DNA from: Schmidtea polychroa
Lineage: Eukaryota
Length of the DNA: 64,000 bases
Reading direction: 5' to 3'
Assembly (NCBI GenBank): GCA_044892525.1
Contig: CM097885.1
Span: forward strand, 122,078,001 to 122,142,000
Below the pieces are notes generated by a model. That model was not told where the DNA came from, did no database searches, and saw only the letters and a list, made by a program, of their open reading frames with translations. Both the position numbers and the translations under genes were made by a program. The stretch's first letter is position 1. Each line of letters opens with the position of its first letter. Below are positions 1-13,900 of this stretch, in pieces.

Positions 1-660
1 TAATTTTTTAGAACCATAATTTACTTTAATTTAATTTTTAGAACCTTAATTAACTTTAATTCAAATTTGGACCTTAATTTACTTTAATTGAAAATTTTAG
101 ACCATAATTTACTTAATTGAAATTTTAGACCTTAATTTGCTTATTTATCTTTAATTTACTTAAGTTTAAAAATATATACCATAATTTACTTAATTGAAAT
201 TTTAGACTTTATTTTAGAACTTAATTGAAAATTTTAGACTTTATTTTAGAACTCAATTGAAAATTTTAGACCTTATTTTCATGTAAAATTTTAGACCATA
301 ATTTACTTATTTGAAAATTTTAGACCTTAAATTGCTTAATTGAAAATTTTAGACCTTAATTTGCTTATTTATCTTTAATTTACTTTAATTTAAAATTTTA
401 GACCATAATATACTTAATTGAAAATTTTAGACCATAATTTACTTATTTGAAAATTTTAGACCTTAATTTACTTAATTGGAAATTTTAGACCTTAATTTGC
501 TTATTTATCTTTAATTTACTTCAGTTTAAAAATATATACCATAATTTACTTTAATTTAAAAATTTGGACCTTAATTTACTTAATTGAAAATTTTAGACCA
601 TAATTTACTTAATTGAAAATTTTAGACCTTAATTTACTTAATTGAAAATTTTAGACCATA
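1..660. repeat. AT-rich minisatellite, ~30-bp unit (TTAGACCWTAATTTACTTAATTGAAAATT-like)
   Basis: About 20 degenerate head-to-tail copies; a variant block recurs at ~126-190 and ~486-550. Runs off the window start. Confidence 0.9.
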
Positions 661-2461
661 ATTTTAATGTAAAATTGTCATTGAAAAAATTTTCATTTCT
701 CAGGCGATGTTTATAGTAGGTAGTTAGGATTATGGTATGAAGGGTCCTTTTAAGAAAGTAATATAAATGCCATTGAATAACAGCAAGTGTTTGAACATAA
801 CCAATTGTCAATTTTGCTTGAAAATTAGCTAAATTTTCAACAAGATAATGACATACCCTACAGATTCAGAATAAAAATGAAGTGATTGAGTAATAAAAAT
901 TAGAAATCATTAGTTTTCAGGTCTTATTCTATTCTATATTCAGAATAACTTTAGACATTTACTGAAATAAAAAATTATGAAACCAATCCGGTGTAATTCT
1001 AGGTGGAAGAAAAGATTTCTAAATAAATTTTCTTCGTTTTTTATCTTATTGAATATTTCTTAAATTGTAAGGGAACTCCAAATTTTCGGATTACTTAATC
1101 TGTTTATCCTTAATTTAAATTATTGAATAATTAAAAATTGCAAAACATGAATTTGCAAAATATGTATCAGGCCTATTCTCGAGTTATTAATAAAAATACC
1201 AATTAATTAATTAAAATTATGTTGATGAAATTAATAATTTTAATAAGAAAACGAAATCCGGTAGCTTAGCATGCATAATAGTGGCTTACCCACAAGTGGA
1301 AAAATAGTTAAAATTTATTTTGTTTATTCTAAATGAAGATTTAGGAAAATTGTATTGTAAATGTTTGTTAGAAGACAAAGTAAGCTTAATTTGCCGAACT
1401 CAATCGAAAACAAATGGTGTTAAAATTTGGAAAAGTGTTTGGCGTACTTGGTTTTGAAATTAGTTTTAATTTTATTCGTAAAGAATAAAATAGTTTCAGG
1501 TGGTCTACCTTGGGAACATCTCCTCTAAGTTTAAACTATTATTGTTGAACGATTAAATTTTTGTAATAACTGTGTTTGAAATAAAACTTATTGTGTTGGG
1601 TTTACTGTTTTAACCTAAAAGACACGTGGAGTCTGATTACAATGTTTTTCGCGTTTAATTTATGTAATAACTCAATAAATTATTAGAATATCAAAACATC
1701 GTAAAAAATTTACCGAAGTTTAACTCAACAAAACTGAAAAAATCTTTTTTAATAAATTTGACTTTTATCAACCAATATAATTATTAGAACTTAGCAAATT
1801 AATTAAAAATTAATTAATTAAATTTCCAAAGTAAAATCAATATATTTCGGTGGAAATGTAAAATATTGATCATTATAAAATCAAACATGTATCAAATAAT
1901 TTTAAATTGGTGAATGGCACCTAGTAGGCTATAATGCAAAAATACAAATTAATTAATTAAAGTGTTCACACCATCAATCAGCGCACTTTGAAAAACAAAA
2001 TTCGTATTTTGATAAATGAGGGAGTAATGGCGATTATAGAATAAAATAGAATTTATTTTATAATGAAAACTTGTAAAAGAGGCTTTTGCCGCGATGATTG
2101 ATGCAAATATAAAATATAATTTGGTTAAAATTTGACACGTTTGAGGCGAAAAAATTAAGTAATATGTATTGACCTACCATATAGTCAACGAGAAGAGGAA
2201 AAGTTTGAGACATCATCTACCAAACGAATCGGAGCAAAGGAAGATTTAATTTATTGTAAAAATTGAAAATCAGCTGCCTAGAATCTTACATTTTTGCGAT
2301 CAAAAATTTGCATAAAATTGCATTGTTTTAAAGTTTTAATGTTCTTTTTTGCTCTTTTTTTAAATATAGAGCACGTTATTTTTATAAACAGCATTGAATA
2401 TTATTTATCGTAAAAAAGTTTTCAATCTACAGATAATATTAATTTACAGAATTTACAGGTT

Positions 2462-2590
2462 TTTGCTGCAAATCTTTTGTTTTAATTAAATGAAAAATTT
2501 CAATTATGAAATCATTTCGAAAAAATTTTGAAAAAATTATTTCATAATCGAAAATTCTCATTTAATAAAACTTAAAACTTGCAACAAACA
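2462..2590. repeat. Imperfect foldback (inverted repeat, ~55-bp arms), MITE-like
   Basis: Left arm ...ttttaattaaatgaaaaatttcaattatgaaat matches the reverse complement of atttcataatcgaaaattctcatttaataaaac... Confidence 0.55.
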
Positions 2591-4166
2591 TTTAATTGTA
2601 GTTGTTACCAAGAAACTGTCTATATTAATAATCAATTTTATTAGAAACTCTTTTATATTCTTCTGTCAAATCGTGAAAATTCAAGTAACAGAGAATAATA
2701 AAAATATAAAGGATAAAATAATATTTGTCATGTTAAAAATTATCAAATTTGTTTCATCCCTAAAATGAAACTGAAAATATAAAATAAATAAAAACTCACA
2801 TAATTATCTTAATTCCTTTAAGTCTTATGAATGATTTAAAATTCGAAAATTCAATCTAAACTAAATGAAACACATGCCAGAGTTGCGTTCGAGAACAAGA
2901 AATCTACGAGAACCAGATTTATAGATCTGGTACCAGGTTGTGATGAAAAAATTATTTTGGCGATAACTAAGCAACTACTGAAGGCGAATGAGAGATGGAG
3001 AAAATCTCACCTTATTAACTAGTCTGACTACACATTGTACACTGCACATTTAGTGTGTGTGTGTGTGCATGCCAGTAGACTGGTGCTTCTATGAATCGAT
3101 TGCGACCATCCCACTCAGACAGAGTCCTCTAAAATAGGCAGCATCATACAATTATTTCAATTAATTACTCGCTTAATTGATTCATGTTAAGAAATTATTT
3201 TAAATGTCATTTTACGCCTGGAAATTTTTTTTAACTTGATCAGATCATTTGGAATTTAAATAAATCAATTGTTAATACATTTTAATCAATTAAAAATTTA
3301 TGAAATTTTATGATAAAATAAATATTGAAAATTATCGAAAATTCAATTTCTTCATTTTAGTTTCGATGCAATTTTTGTATTTGTAACGATTTTATTAAAA
3401 TTTAACATTTCTAAAATTTTATAGGTTTTTATTTTTAATGGTTTGTCAACAAGTAAAATTATTTTTCAGTAAAATGCAATCTTATTTAAAAATATAGTGT
3501 AAATAAACGTATAAAAAACAATTAAGAATAAAATAAAAATTAAATTTACGATATGTATCAAGAAGATTTAAAAAGAGAGAAAATTAGAATTTATTTCCAG
3601 TTTTAAAAGGTATCAACGAAAATTTATAGGTTTTATTAATCAACACTTAAACATTCTTAAGATTAACTAACAAGTTTCCAACACAATTTCAGAGGAAGAA
3701 ATGTCATCTATTAATAGGAGTAAAAGAATTTAAATGAAGTTTACTAGAGATTTTTAAAATTTTTAAAAATTTTAAAAATTTTTAAGGTACAATATAATGG
3801 TAATATTGTACAATCCAAAGTTGGGACTTCTCTAAGAAGTTCAGTGAAATTATTGAAATTTTTTCATATTACCTTATACAACACATAAAGAAAATAATTG
3901 CTTACACAAAATAATATAAGCATAAAATTATAAAATTATATAAAATTAAGAACTACAAATAAAATTTGTTATTAAATTGATTGTCTTCAAATCTCCAATA
4001 CCTCGATCTGAATTTTCTTATGGTTCGCCAAGTGTATATAACGGTTTCACTACTTACGTAGGTTTGAGTTTTCCCTGTTAAAATTTGATAGAATTAAATT
4101 TAATTTATATAAAGTTAAATGAATTTACACTTCATTAAAATATTTATTATTAGAATATATTTCAAC

Positions 4167-5800
4167 CTAGAACCTATGTTTGCGAACTTTTCTCATGGCG
4201 AAGTTATCAATTATGTCAGTAAAGCTAAGTGAGCTTACAATTTCACTTTCGATGCTCATTAGAGAGAGCAGACTCAGTCTTTGTTGTCCCATGCAACTTC
4301 TAACTTCATTTTTTATTCTTTTTAACTTTGAAAATGATCTTTCTCCGCTGCAGTTTGATGTCATCATTAAGAGATAGATGCGATGTGCGATGTGAACATT
4401 CGGGAAGGACTATGTAAATTTTAGCTCATTCAAAAACAGCAACATTTTTATCTCTGTCCTTGTGTTTTGAGGTTGGCATTGTGCTTCTTCCTGTCCTTGA
4501 CCCTGGCCCCGGGGCTGGACAATAACTGTCTTGAAGAGCTCGGAAAATTGAACTAACTCTGAAGGAAAGCAGTCTTCGAAATCACTTGAATATTCTTCCT
4601 TTAACTTGGCTGCTGCCCCTAGGATGGTGTCATTGCTGAGTTCAGTTAGATTTGTAAGAAAGCCAAAGTTCTCATGGATGTCTTCATATGCGTCTAACCG
4701 ATGTTGGAGAGCTGAAGATAGTTTGTCAATGATTACCAAAAATACCTCAACCTTGAATTTTTGTCTCGGTGAAAAGACTATTTCAGCTGATGGTCCTTCA
4801 TCAAACTGACACTTTCTCTTTTGTGATCGTATTGAAGATTGTTTATACTCTCCACAAACTTCTTCTTTCCTTTTTCTTCGTAAGAATCAAATTCAGAACG
4901 CTGTCTTTTAACAAACTCAAGGAGAGATTTCAACAAATGGATGGCTGAATTCAAAGATAGTCCTCGCTCTTGAAAGGACAAATTTGTTTTCTGAAATCTT
5001 TCTAAAATTGTGTCCCAAATTTCAAGTAAAATAGCGATTTCCAGTTGTTCAAGTTTTTTCCGAAATCCTTCTGCTTCAAGTCGACTGTCACGCGGCTGGT
5101 TTTCGTCAGTTGCCAATGCTTCCAGTGATGCAATATTCTCATTGTATGATTTATTAACAGACCTAACAGCATAATGTCTGGCTTACCATCTTGTGTCAGA
5201 AAAGGCTTTGTTAACAGGTAACCATTTATGTGTTTTTGATGTACTTGCCAACGATGAGCAGATTCACAAAAGGCAAAAAAATCTGGCTGCAGCAGGACAA
5301 CCTTCTGCTGCACTTTTCCCAACCAAATTAAGGGAATAAGCCGTGTGCGGCACATAATGAGCAACACAGCACTTCTCACGAAGGATAGCCTGGACTCCGT
5401 TATACTTCCCACTCATATTTGCAGCTTGTCGTATGACTGCCCACGGCAATCTTGAATTTGAATGCCATTTTCTTCCAAAAAATTAAGAATAATTCAGGCA
5501 ATTTCTGATCCAGTGTGGGAATACATTGGTATGAACTTGATGAATCGTTCAACAGGGCCAGATTGTACAATATACCGGATGATCACTGTTAACTGGTCCA
5601 CATGCATAACATCTCCAGATATCGAGAAGTACTTTGCAGATTTTATTTCAGCAACAATAACAGACAATACCTTTTGACCCATCAATTCAATCAACTCTTC
5701 ATAGATAGTTGAGGAAATATTAGACGTGTCTCCACGTCCTTTATTTCCATGTTGGCAGATATATTCAGCAAGAAATGTGTCAAATATTTTTGGGGCCCTA
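4167..5800 (-). mobile_element. hAT transposase pseudogene (ZMYM1/Tip100-like), frameshifted, 5'-truncated
   Basis: Collinear fragments KSAKYFSI..VDQLTVIIRY, AANMSGKYNGVQ, AYSLNLVG, LEIWDTILERF and the C-terminal dimerisation motif NCSGERSFSKLKRIKNEVRS. Confidence 0.9.
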
Positions 5801-6479
5801 TATTATGGTCCCCTATTGATTTTAATTCATAATTTTAGGTTAGCAAGACAAGTTGCAAAATCAAATTGTATCGCTCAAATAATATAAAATAAGTTATGTT
5901 TTATTTGATAGAGTATTTCTCCGATAATTAAAAAAAATCAAATTCGAATTTTGTGGAGGGTGGTGTTGGGTCGTTTGACGACAACTGACATGGATATTTT
6001 CTTAAAAACAAATCAAGTTAAAAATAAGAAAACAAAAAAATAAACTCAAATCAAAATTTAATTTGTCAATCATCACATAAATATATACCAAATTAAAATC
6101 AAATATCAAAAATTACTGTTTATATTCTTTTGCACAAATCTTTCAATTGTCATAAAATTCATAAATGAGTAAAATCAGCATTTTATTTTGAAACATTACT
6201 TTTTATAGGTGGGATTTCCCCATTATGACTAATTTCCTCAGATAGTTCAGTTTTGGTTTCGATATTTTTTATTCACTTTTTAATCCGCAGCAATTTTTTT
6301 TACATTTAAATTCTAGTAGAATTCTTAATTTTTTATTTCTTTCGAAAAACAATAGATTTTTTGAATTAAATATCTTTAAAATTTCTATAAAACTCGTTTA
6401 CGTATTTTTAACTCGCAACTGATCTATTTGAGTATTCTTAGCCACCTGTGGGTTTTATCTCAACACATAAAAAGCTTAA

Positions 6480-6934
6480 AAAGTCAACATCAGCTATCAA
6501 TACTAGATTGCTTACAAAAAAAGATGTCTTCATCCCAAGAATTCCACTCATACCAACAGATGTCTTTTGATTTCAAGCGCCTCCAATTTCCAATCAGGCT
6601 TGCATTTGCCATGTTTATTAACAAAACACAGGGACAGTCTTTAAAAGTGGCAGGCATTGTACTTGAGGAAGCATGCTCTGTCCATGAATTCCAGTGGCAT
6701 GTTTTAGAGTTCGTTCACCAAGAAATATTTTCATTTTTGCACCAGAAGGAAAAACCAAAAATATAGTCTATCGGCAAGCTTTATCATAATTGATATATAA
6801 ATTACATGTACTTTGTTTTAATTAAATTTTTATGTATTTTTTAAATTATTTTTTTTAATGAATAAATTGAAATAAATTTCTTTATTTTGAATCTGTTTAC
6901 TATTTTTTAAATAAACGCCGGGTACCTCAGGTAG
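6480..6934 (+). mobile_element. Helitron 3' end (Pif1-like helicase C-terminus plus terminus)
   Basis: DVFIPRIPLIPTD / FKRLQFPIRLAFAMFINKTQGQSLK / GKTKNIVYRQAL* across frameshifts; terminus aacgccgggtacctcagGTAG|T at 6934 resembles the CTAG|T Helitron end. Confidence 0.85.
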
Positions 6935-7059
6935 TAAAATATAAAAGAAGATTTTCCTTCAATTCGATTTCTGGGAAACATTGAAATTATAGAAAATATT
7001 TTTCATCCTAAACGGAATTGAAATTGTCAATCTTCCCAAATCTTAAGGTTTACATTTTT

Positions 7060-7257
7060 TTCGTTGAATAAATATTGTAAAGTTGAAATAGTTTTTAATA
7101 TTTTTAATATTTTTAATATTCATTTTAATTGTAGTTCAATATACTAAATTAACACACAAGTACCCCAGCTGTCCCAGTCAATTTTTAAAGGAGACTCTGC
7201 TGGACTCTATAAAATATCTTGCTATAAACATATACTACAAACATAATATTAATAACA
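7060..7257 (+). mobile_element. 3' part of a family-A Gypsy LTR
   Basis: Has the AAGG..AATAAA region, the conserved hairpin (7163-7207) and the ATAACA end shared with the other family-A LTRs. Confidence 0.6.
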
Positions 7258-8467
7258 AAAGATCGTTTCGATGTTTATCTTTAAATTTTTGGTTAATTAA
7301 ATGTGGTGACGAAAATTTGAAAAAAAATATGTATTCATCAAATGTTAAATTTTCTGATGTTGAATTTGGCGAAACTGCTTGATGTAAAATATTAGGGATG
7401 TGGTGATTCTCTACAACTATCGATTTACTTTCTACATCACTGGCTGTTAGGGTTGTCGATGAAATTTAATATTACCAATTATTGATCTAGTAACAATTAC
7501 AATGAATTCCAGACAATATTTATAAGCACAAATGACTACAACAATTACAACGACACCAAATACTTACGACCAAAACCAATTGCTATCAAGTGCTTATTAC
7601 AACATTTCGTAAAGAATATCACTTTTCATAATAACTTTTTGATAACAAGTTTAACAACTCTACTACCACTACTGAACTGATAATTGGTCAATGAAGCTGG
7701 TTGCCTTCTTGCTTCGACTAAAAGCCATTATCATTCTTTATAATTAATTTGATTCATGCTACCGGTATCAATTTAGTAAACAAGAATCTTTCTTTGGATT
7801 CCAATTTTCAACTTTTTCGATTCTAATTTCCCGCAAATTCCAAGTCTCGGTTTGTATCTCGTACAATTTATGTTTCTCCTTTTTATAAGTTGTCATTTGC
7901 TGTCACTTAGAGATAGTCCGGTTTTGTTTTCGTTTTCTTTATTTCAAGCAATCTCCGACTTTTCCACTCATTTTTCTGTTATTTCGAGAAACTGTTGAGA
8001 TATGCAATTTTATTTAATTTTTTTCCTTTTTATTTTTTTGACTTCCTCGGTGGTCCATTCATTATCTCGGATATGTTGTTGAGATAAGGCCATTCTATTT
8101 TATAATTTGGTTTTTGTTTTTCCTTTTTCAAATTGTTTTTATTAATTAAGAATGACTTTGTCCAATTTCATTGTTATTTTTTATCGATTCTTTACCATTC
8201 CATTTTCATTTTTTCATTTCTTGTCCTTGCTCCTGTTTCTTAGAATTCTGGAGCAATATACCTTTTATTTTATACCTTTCCCCTCATTCTGCTCAAATTA
8301 ATAATAATTAAATTTTATCATTTATGTATCCTCAACACCGCCATGGGATGTCAATACAAATCCTAATTATGTTTATTCTCATTTGGTGTCGCAATGATAA
8401 TATGAGTTGATCATGCGCTTTGTTTGTAAGATAATAATTGTATATATACAAAAATTATGCTATATGA

Positions 8468-8555
8468 TGTGGTCTTGTGACGAAGTGGCAAAATTCTGGA
8501 GTCTGGCTACGAAGTTGCTGGGTTCGATCTCTGATGGGGTGGAGCCTCTTATATG
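8468..8555 (+). other. tRNA-related SINE head or tRNA pseudogene
   Basis: Pol III A-box-like TGACGAAGTGG and B-box-like GGTTCGATCTC at tRNA-like spacing; no clean cloverleaf seen. Confidence 0.5.
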
Positions 8556-10978
8556 GTACCGATGAGAATCAAATAAGCTTCGAACATATTTATCATTAAA
8601 AATTTCATTGAATATCACTTAAATAGGTTTTATTTAGTTAGTCATCCCAAAAACCGAAAATCATTTGATTTATTGACTGAAATAATATTGTAAAGATTTT
8701 TCGATCATTATGGTCAGACTCCACAGTATAGTTCCTATACTGGTAATTCAAACTAAATTCCAAACCATAATTTTGAAAGTTTACTTCGTGCATCCGTAAA
8801 CTTTGAGCATTTTTAACTTGTAATGGTGTAAAATATTTTAAAAGTTATTTTAACAGTCCATTATTTATCATTTAAAATTATCTTAATAAATCATTAAAAT
8901 ATTTAATTCTCAGCTGAAAACACCTCACAATAACAATATCAGAGTTTGACTAATTATATAGTTCTTTTCATAAGGAAATAATTTTCTTTCGCCTCAAGGA
9001 GATAATGATGTTATAACTTAAATTTAAATTTTCCAAATAATTAAAAAAAGAATATTCAAAATTCAAAATCAAGAAATCATCTAATTAAAATTTGAAAAAC
9101 TGATCAGATGTAAATGAGATGATTGGAAAGATCATGACGAGAACGGATTCATCAGAATATGTTCAGAAATGATCGAAATGCAAGAAAACGTACAAAAATA
9201 GAAAATCGTTAATTAATTAAATAATTAAGGAAAACCTGTGTTAAGTAAACAAAAAGAAAAGTAAACAAAGTGAATTCTGGAAAACACTTCTGGAAAATCC
9301 TCAAAAACGGGGAAAAAATTACCATGAGGGAGAGGCAAGGTGTGACAACTAATTATTTCTTTCGAAGGATAAAAGATAAAAAAGGCCGTGAGACAAAGCT
9401 TGTCAAAAGACGATCTAGTTGAAATACCTTTAATCAATGCGATTATTTTAACTATATAAAGGAACTCAAGTTAAGAAGCAATCGGCATTTTGCCTCAGAT
9501 AGGGACTAACAATTTGACAGTAGCATTTAAGGTAAACTTAAAGTCAGAAAATTGAATTAATGGAAAGGAAAACAAAAGACTCAAGTTAAGTCAAAGGATT
9601 AAAGAAAAGAGGTGAATATTGTTGCAGAATGTGCAGAACCAAAGTGGTAACAGTGGAACATTGAATAGCCAGAATAGGCATTTTTATTGTGATATTCGCA
9701 GTTTTGTAAATTGTAGATTATACGAATTCGAATATAAATATACATTGAGTATTGCTTGTCTAAATGTTTTTTTAACAGACACTTGAAGTCAGAAACACCA
9801 ACTTTAATATTTAATTATATGAAAACTCAACAAATGTGATTTACAAAATATTCAAAAAATAATAAAAATCCAACTAAGTTACTTCAACGTAGATTTTGAT
9901 CAACACAATATATGCTCAATTAACGACGGTGCAACAGTAAATCAGAAATCTTACAGAGAAAATTCATCTAAGCAGATTTTGCGTCTAAACTCTAAATTAA
10001 ATTTAGCTGTAACAAAATTCTTCAACAAAAAACACGTTGCTCAATTCTGATGATACTTACAGTGACAAAGACTGTTTAAATATTCGGATTATATATGCAA
10101 TATATTATTTGGAAATAGCGTTTTAGATTTAATGAATATTAATGGAAATTTGCTGGTGACCACGCCGAAATCGCAGCTCTGACGATATTCAATTTATCCA
10201 GTGATAAAGAAGTATTTTTGGAGGAAAAGAAGAAAATGCAATGGATTTGGGATTCACCTTATTTCAAAAGATTAGATCAGATATTGGTAAAATACAATCT
10301 GTTATTAATAGTAAATGATGATAAGCAGAAGATAATAATTCCGCAGAAGATAGCGTCGTACAGCATATGCACAAAGAACTCTGTCATTTAAGAGTTAAGA
10401 AAACAACAAATTTTATGAACGATTATTTCTATTGGATACACATGGTAACCAATATACTAGATATTATAAAAAAATGTGATTTATTCATGAGTAGGAAAGT
10501 TTTGACACTTAAAACAGACACTGAGTATTTAATTCCTAGGGTAATAATGAATTCGATGAAACAAATCGTAATCGATTATTGCTCATATGAAAGAAATCAG
10601 AAACCGTAACCGTTATAATAATTGATTAGTTCAGCAAGATGGTTAGTTCAACATCTACTCAGAACCAAGATGAAAAGACTGTATATGGGGTACTTTTACA
10701 CAATTGGATATACAAATACGATAAGCCAGCTTACATTTTTTTCGGATAGAGGTAAGGTTTTCGAGGGAAGTCGAATCCAAGGGTTAGTTGATAATTTTAA
10801 CATCAAAAGGATATTTACTAAACCGTATGATCATGGGTCTAATCGTTTAACAGAACGGGTAATACGAACGATTGGTGATATAATCCTAACAATTTTGTGT
10901 GATGGTCGAACTAAACTCAACATCACAGAATTCTACGGGATTTTCGCCAATGGAAATAATATTTTGAAGAAAGGTTAT

Positions 10979-13900
10979 TGTAAGACTAAACGTTTTTCAA
11001 ATTTTATTTTTACCACATTTTCATAATATTAAAACAACATTAATTGTTTAATATTACACTATTCCTACATCCCCGCCAGATTCATCTGAATCTTTAACAA
11101 CTCTTTTTCTAATATCACCCACGTGTCGCGGCATATCATATCCATTACATCTGACTAAAAATTTTGTATTTGATAATGGTTTAATGATATGCCCATCTTT
11201 CCATCTTTCTGTGCATTTTTGATTCAAATTCGGTTTTATCCATACTGGGTCACCAGCAGAATATTTTGCTTCGATTATTATCTCTTTTTTATTGTAGCTT
11301 GGCAGATTCAGCTTTGGATTATATCTAAATATGGCTCTAGATGGACAAATATTATTGTTGTTTGGCATATTGTTTACACAGCTTCTGCGATTGTTCTTGA
11401 GGACCTAGCTGCTAGCAATTTGATTGTCTGATGGCTGCGTTCAATGATCTCGTTTCCCGCTGGACGGTTCACTGTTCTACAAACCAACTCAACATTCCAT
11501 TTATATGCTAATTCTTGAAATGTTCTAGATCTAAAAGATAAGTAATTATCTAATAATATTTCACTTGGAACTCCTCTTTCATATAGCACTTCATATAAAG
11601 AATTACATATCTCTTCTACATTTTCATTCTTAATTTTCTTCCAGATTGCATATCTCGATGGTCCACAGTCAATAATTGACAAATATTTATCTTTAGCAAA
11701 TATAGTTACATCAATTGCTAAACGGCACCAATTTTCATCACAGCTTAGTTCACCCTTTTCCCACGTTACTGGCGCTGGGTCAATTGATAGTCATTGATTA
11801 CAACTTGCAATTATTTCTGAGATCTCATTATCCACATTTAGTAGCCCCACTTCCGATGCTATGAATCGCATACGATTTTTCCCTACATGGCAGTTCTTAT
11901 GAATCTCTAATAACACATCTTTCGAGCTTTTTTGATTGCCTAGAGCTGCGACTTCTTTTTTAATAATCATCCAGTTGACTGGTACTCTCGTTAATACACC
12001 AGCCTTGTTATTTTCTGTAGATACAAACGCAATGTCCATTTTAAGTTCATACTCAATCGCTAGATCTTTTAAAAGCTCCAGCTTTCGTCGTATTAACAAC
12101 TCTGAATTTGCTTTTGTATGTATTTTTCTGTCGCTTGATAATATGCTGTTAACACAACACACAACTGATTTACTATGGGATTTAATTTTGATGTACTTTA
12201 GATTCCATTTAATACATAAATTAATACCCTTCACAATCGCTTCTAATTCCACCAAATTAATGTGTCTTGAATCACCAAGTTTTCGCAACCAACACGCATC
12301 TTCAACCACTGATCCTTCCATTTCTAATACAATTCCAATGGCGATCGAACTTGTATCGCACCAAATTATGCCTTTCTGATTGGTGGGAACACTCCAAATA
12401 CCTGACGATGATCTCTTTCATTCACTTTTTCTAAAAACCATTTTACTTTGTCAACAATATGGTTTTCTATTGAATCATCCGAATTTCCACTGGATAGCCT
12501 CTTGATGTATGAGCAAGCTGGCCACAACCACACCGACACAGGATAAATTCTAACTAACTGGCCACATAACGAATACAGTTCTCTTCTGAAAGCCCTTCAT
12601 TTAATTCATTTATCCGAATATAGTTCGATCTTTTCCAATGTAGTTCGTTATTCTTTCGAAATACATCAATACCTAATACTCTTACACTGAGAGTATCCTT
12701 GACCTTTTCTTCTTCTTTACATATCAAACCAAATTTACGCATTTCTGCACTTACTTTACTTGCTTTAACTTTAGATTCATCTACGAATATATCGTCTATG
12801 TATGAACTTGTGCTATTCTTGATTGATTCATTGTTCAATACTTTATTCACAATCTCTGTCATTATATTCAATCCAAATCCCATTCTCGTAAGCGCATATC
12901 TCTTCCCATTAACCATACAAGATTGATATCGCCACATGCTTTTATCCACATGTATTTGCATATATGCATCAGATAAATCTAACATTGCAAATTCTTTACT
13001 TAAACATCTCCATGATCGTAATTTTTCAGAACAAATATCTGCATTCCCACTATATACATTAATATATTTATTGATACTCCTTAAGTCAAATACTGGACGC
13101 ACTTTCGCTTTATTTAACTGAATTATACCATAAATAAGTACTGATCCGATCGGTTTGCCCATTGTTTTCTCGTCGTAATAAATTAGATAGCTGTTAGATA
13201 TCCAAGAATTTAGGATACGCATCGTATCCTGATCCTTACTACAATTATCATAAAAGTTTTACTTTCTATTAGGTAGAAATTTCGGCGGCTCTGACTTCCA
13301 ATCCCATTTGACAATCCATTTCTCGTTTTCAAATCTCGCAGAGAAATTTTCCTTCAATATTTATGACATACTACTACTAGAGCACGCTACATGACAAGGT
13401 GCTTCTTCACAACCGAATATGGCTTCTTTATTCAAATGAACTCCACCAAACCTATTAATGGCATTCACTCCTAAAATTACATCATAATTGGATACTAGTT
13501 TCGGGTATATTAAACAATCAATATTAAATAACTTATCTCCAACCCATATATCAACTTTACTTCACCTTGCATATATGATCGAACCATCAAGCATCGCTAC
13601 CGCAGTCATAGATTTTCGTGGATTTCCTTTTACTATAGTGGTAGTGCTGCCCGAATCAACTAAATATGCCTTTACATCACCATTTACTTTTAGGAGTCTC
13701 ACATATTCACAATTCTTGGGGCCACGCCCGATTCCACATTGTGTGTAGCCCCTTGATCTTTTCCCAACTTGCAAAACCTTAAAATATGTCCCATAATACC
13801 GCATTTTGCACATCTGATGTTGCGTCTTTTTGGACAGTATCTTACCACATGATTAGCACTATTGCATTTTCGATTGGCTTGTCTTCCACTATCTGATCTT

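Noticed and set aside
1-660. CRISPR-like array
   Set aside because: Degenerate tandem units without unique spacers, eukaryotic context, no cas genes.
8370-8400. TGGTGTCGCAA after ..TTCTCA as an LTR end plus PBS
   Set aside because: No second LTR, TSD or downstream gag found.
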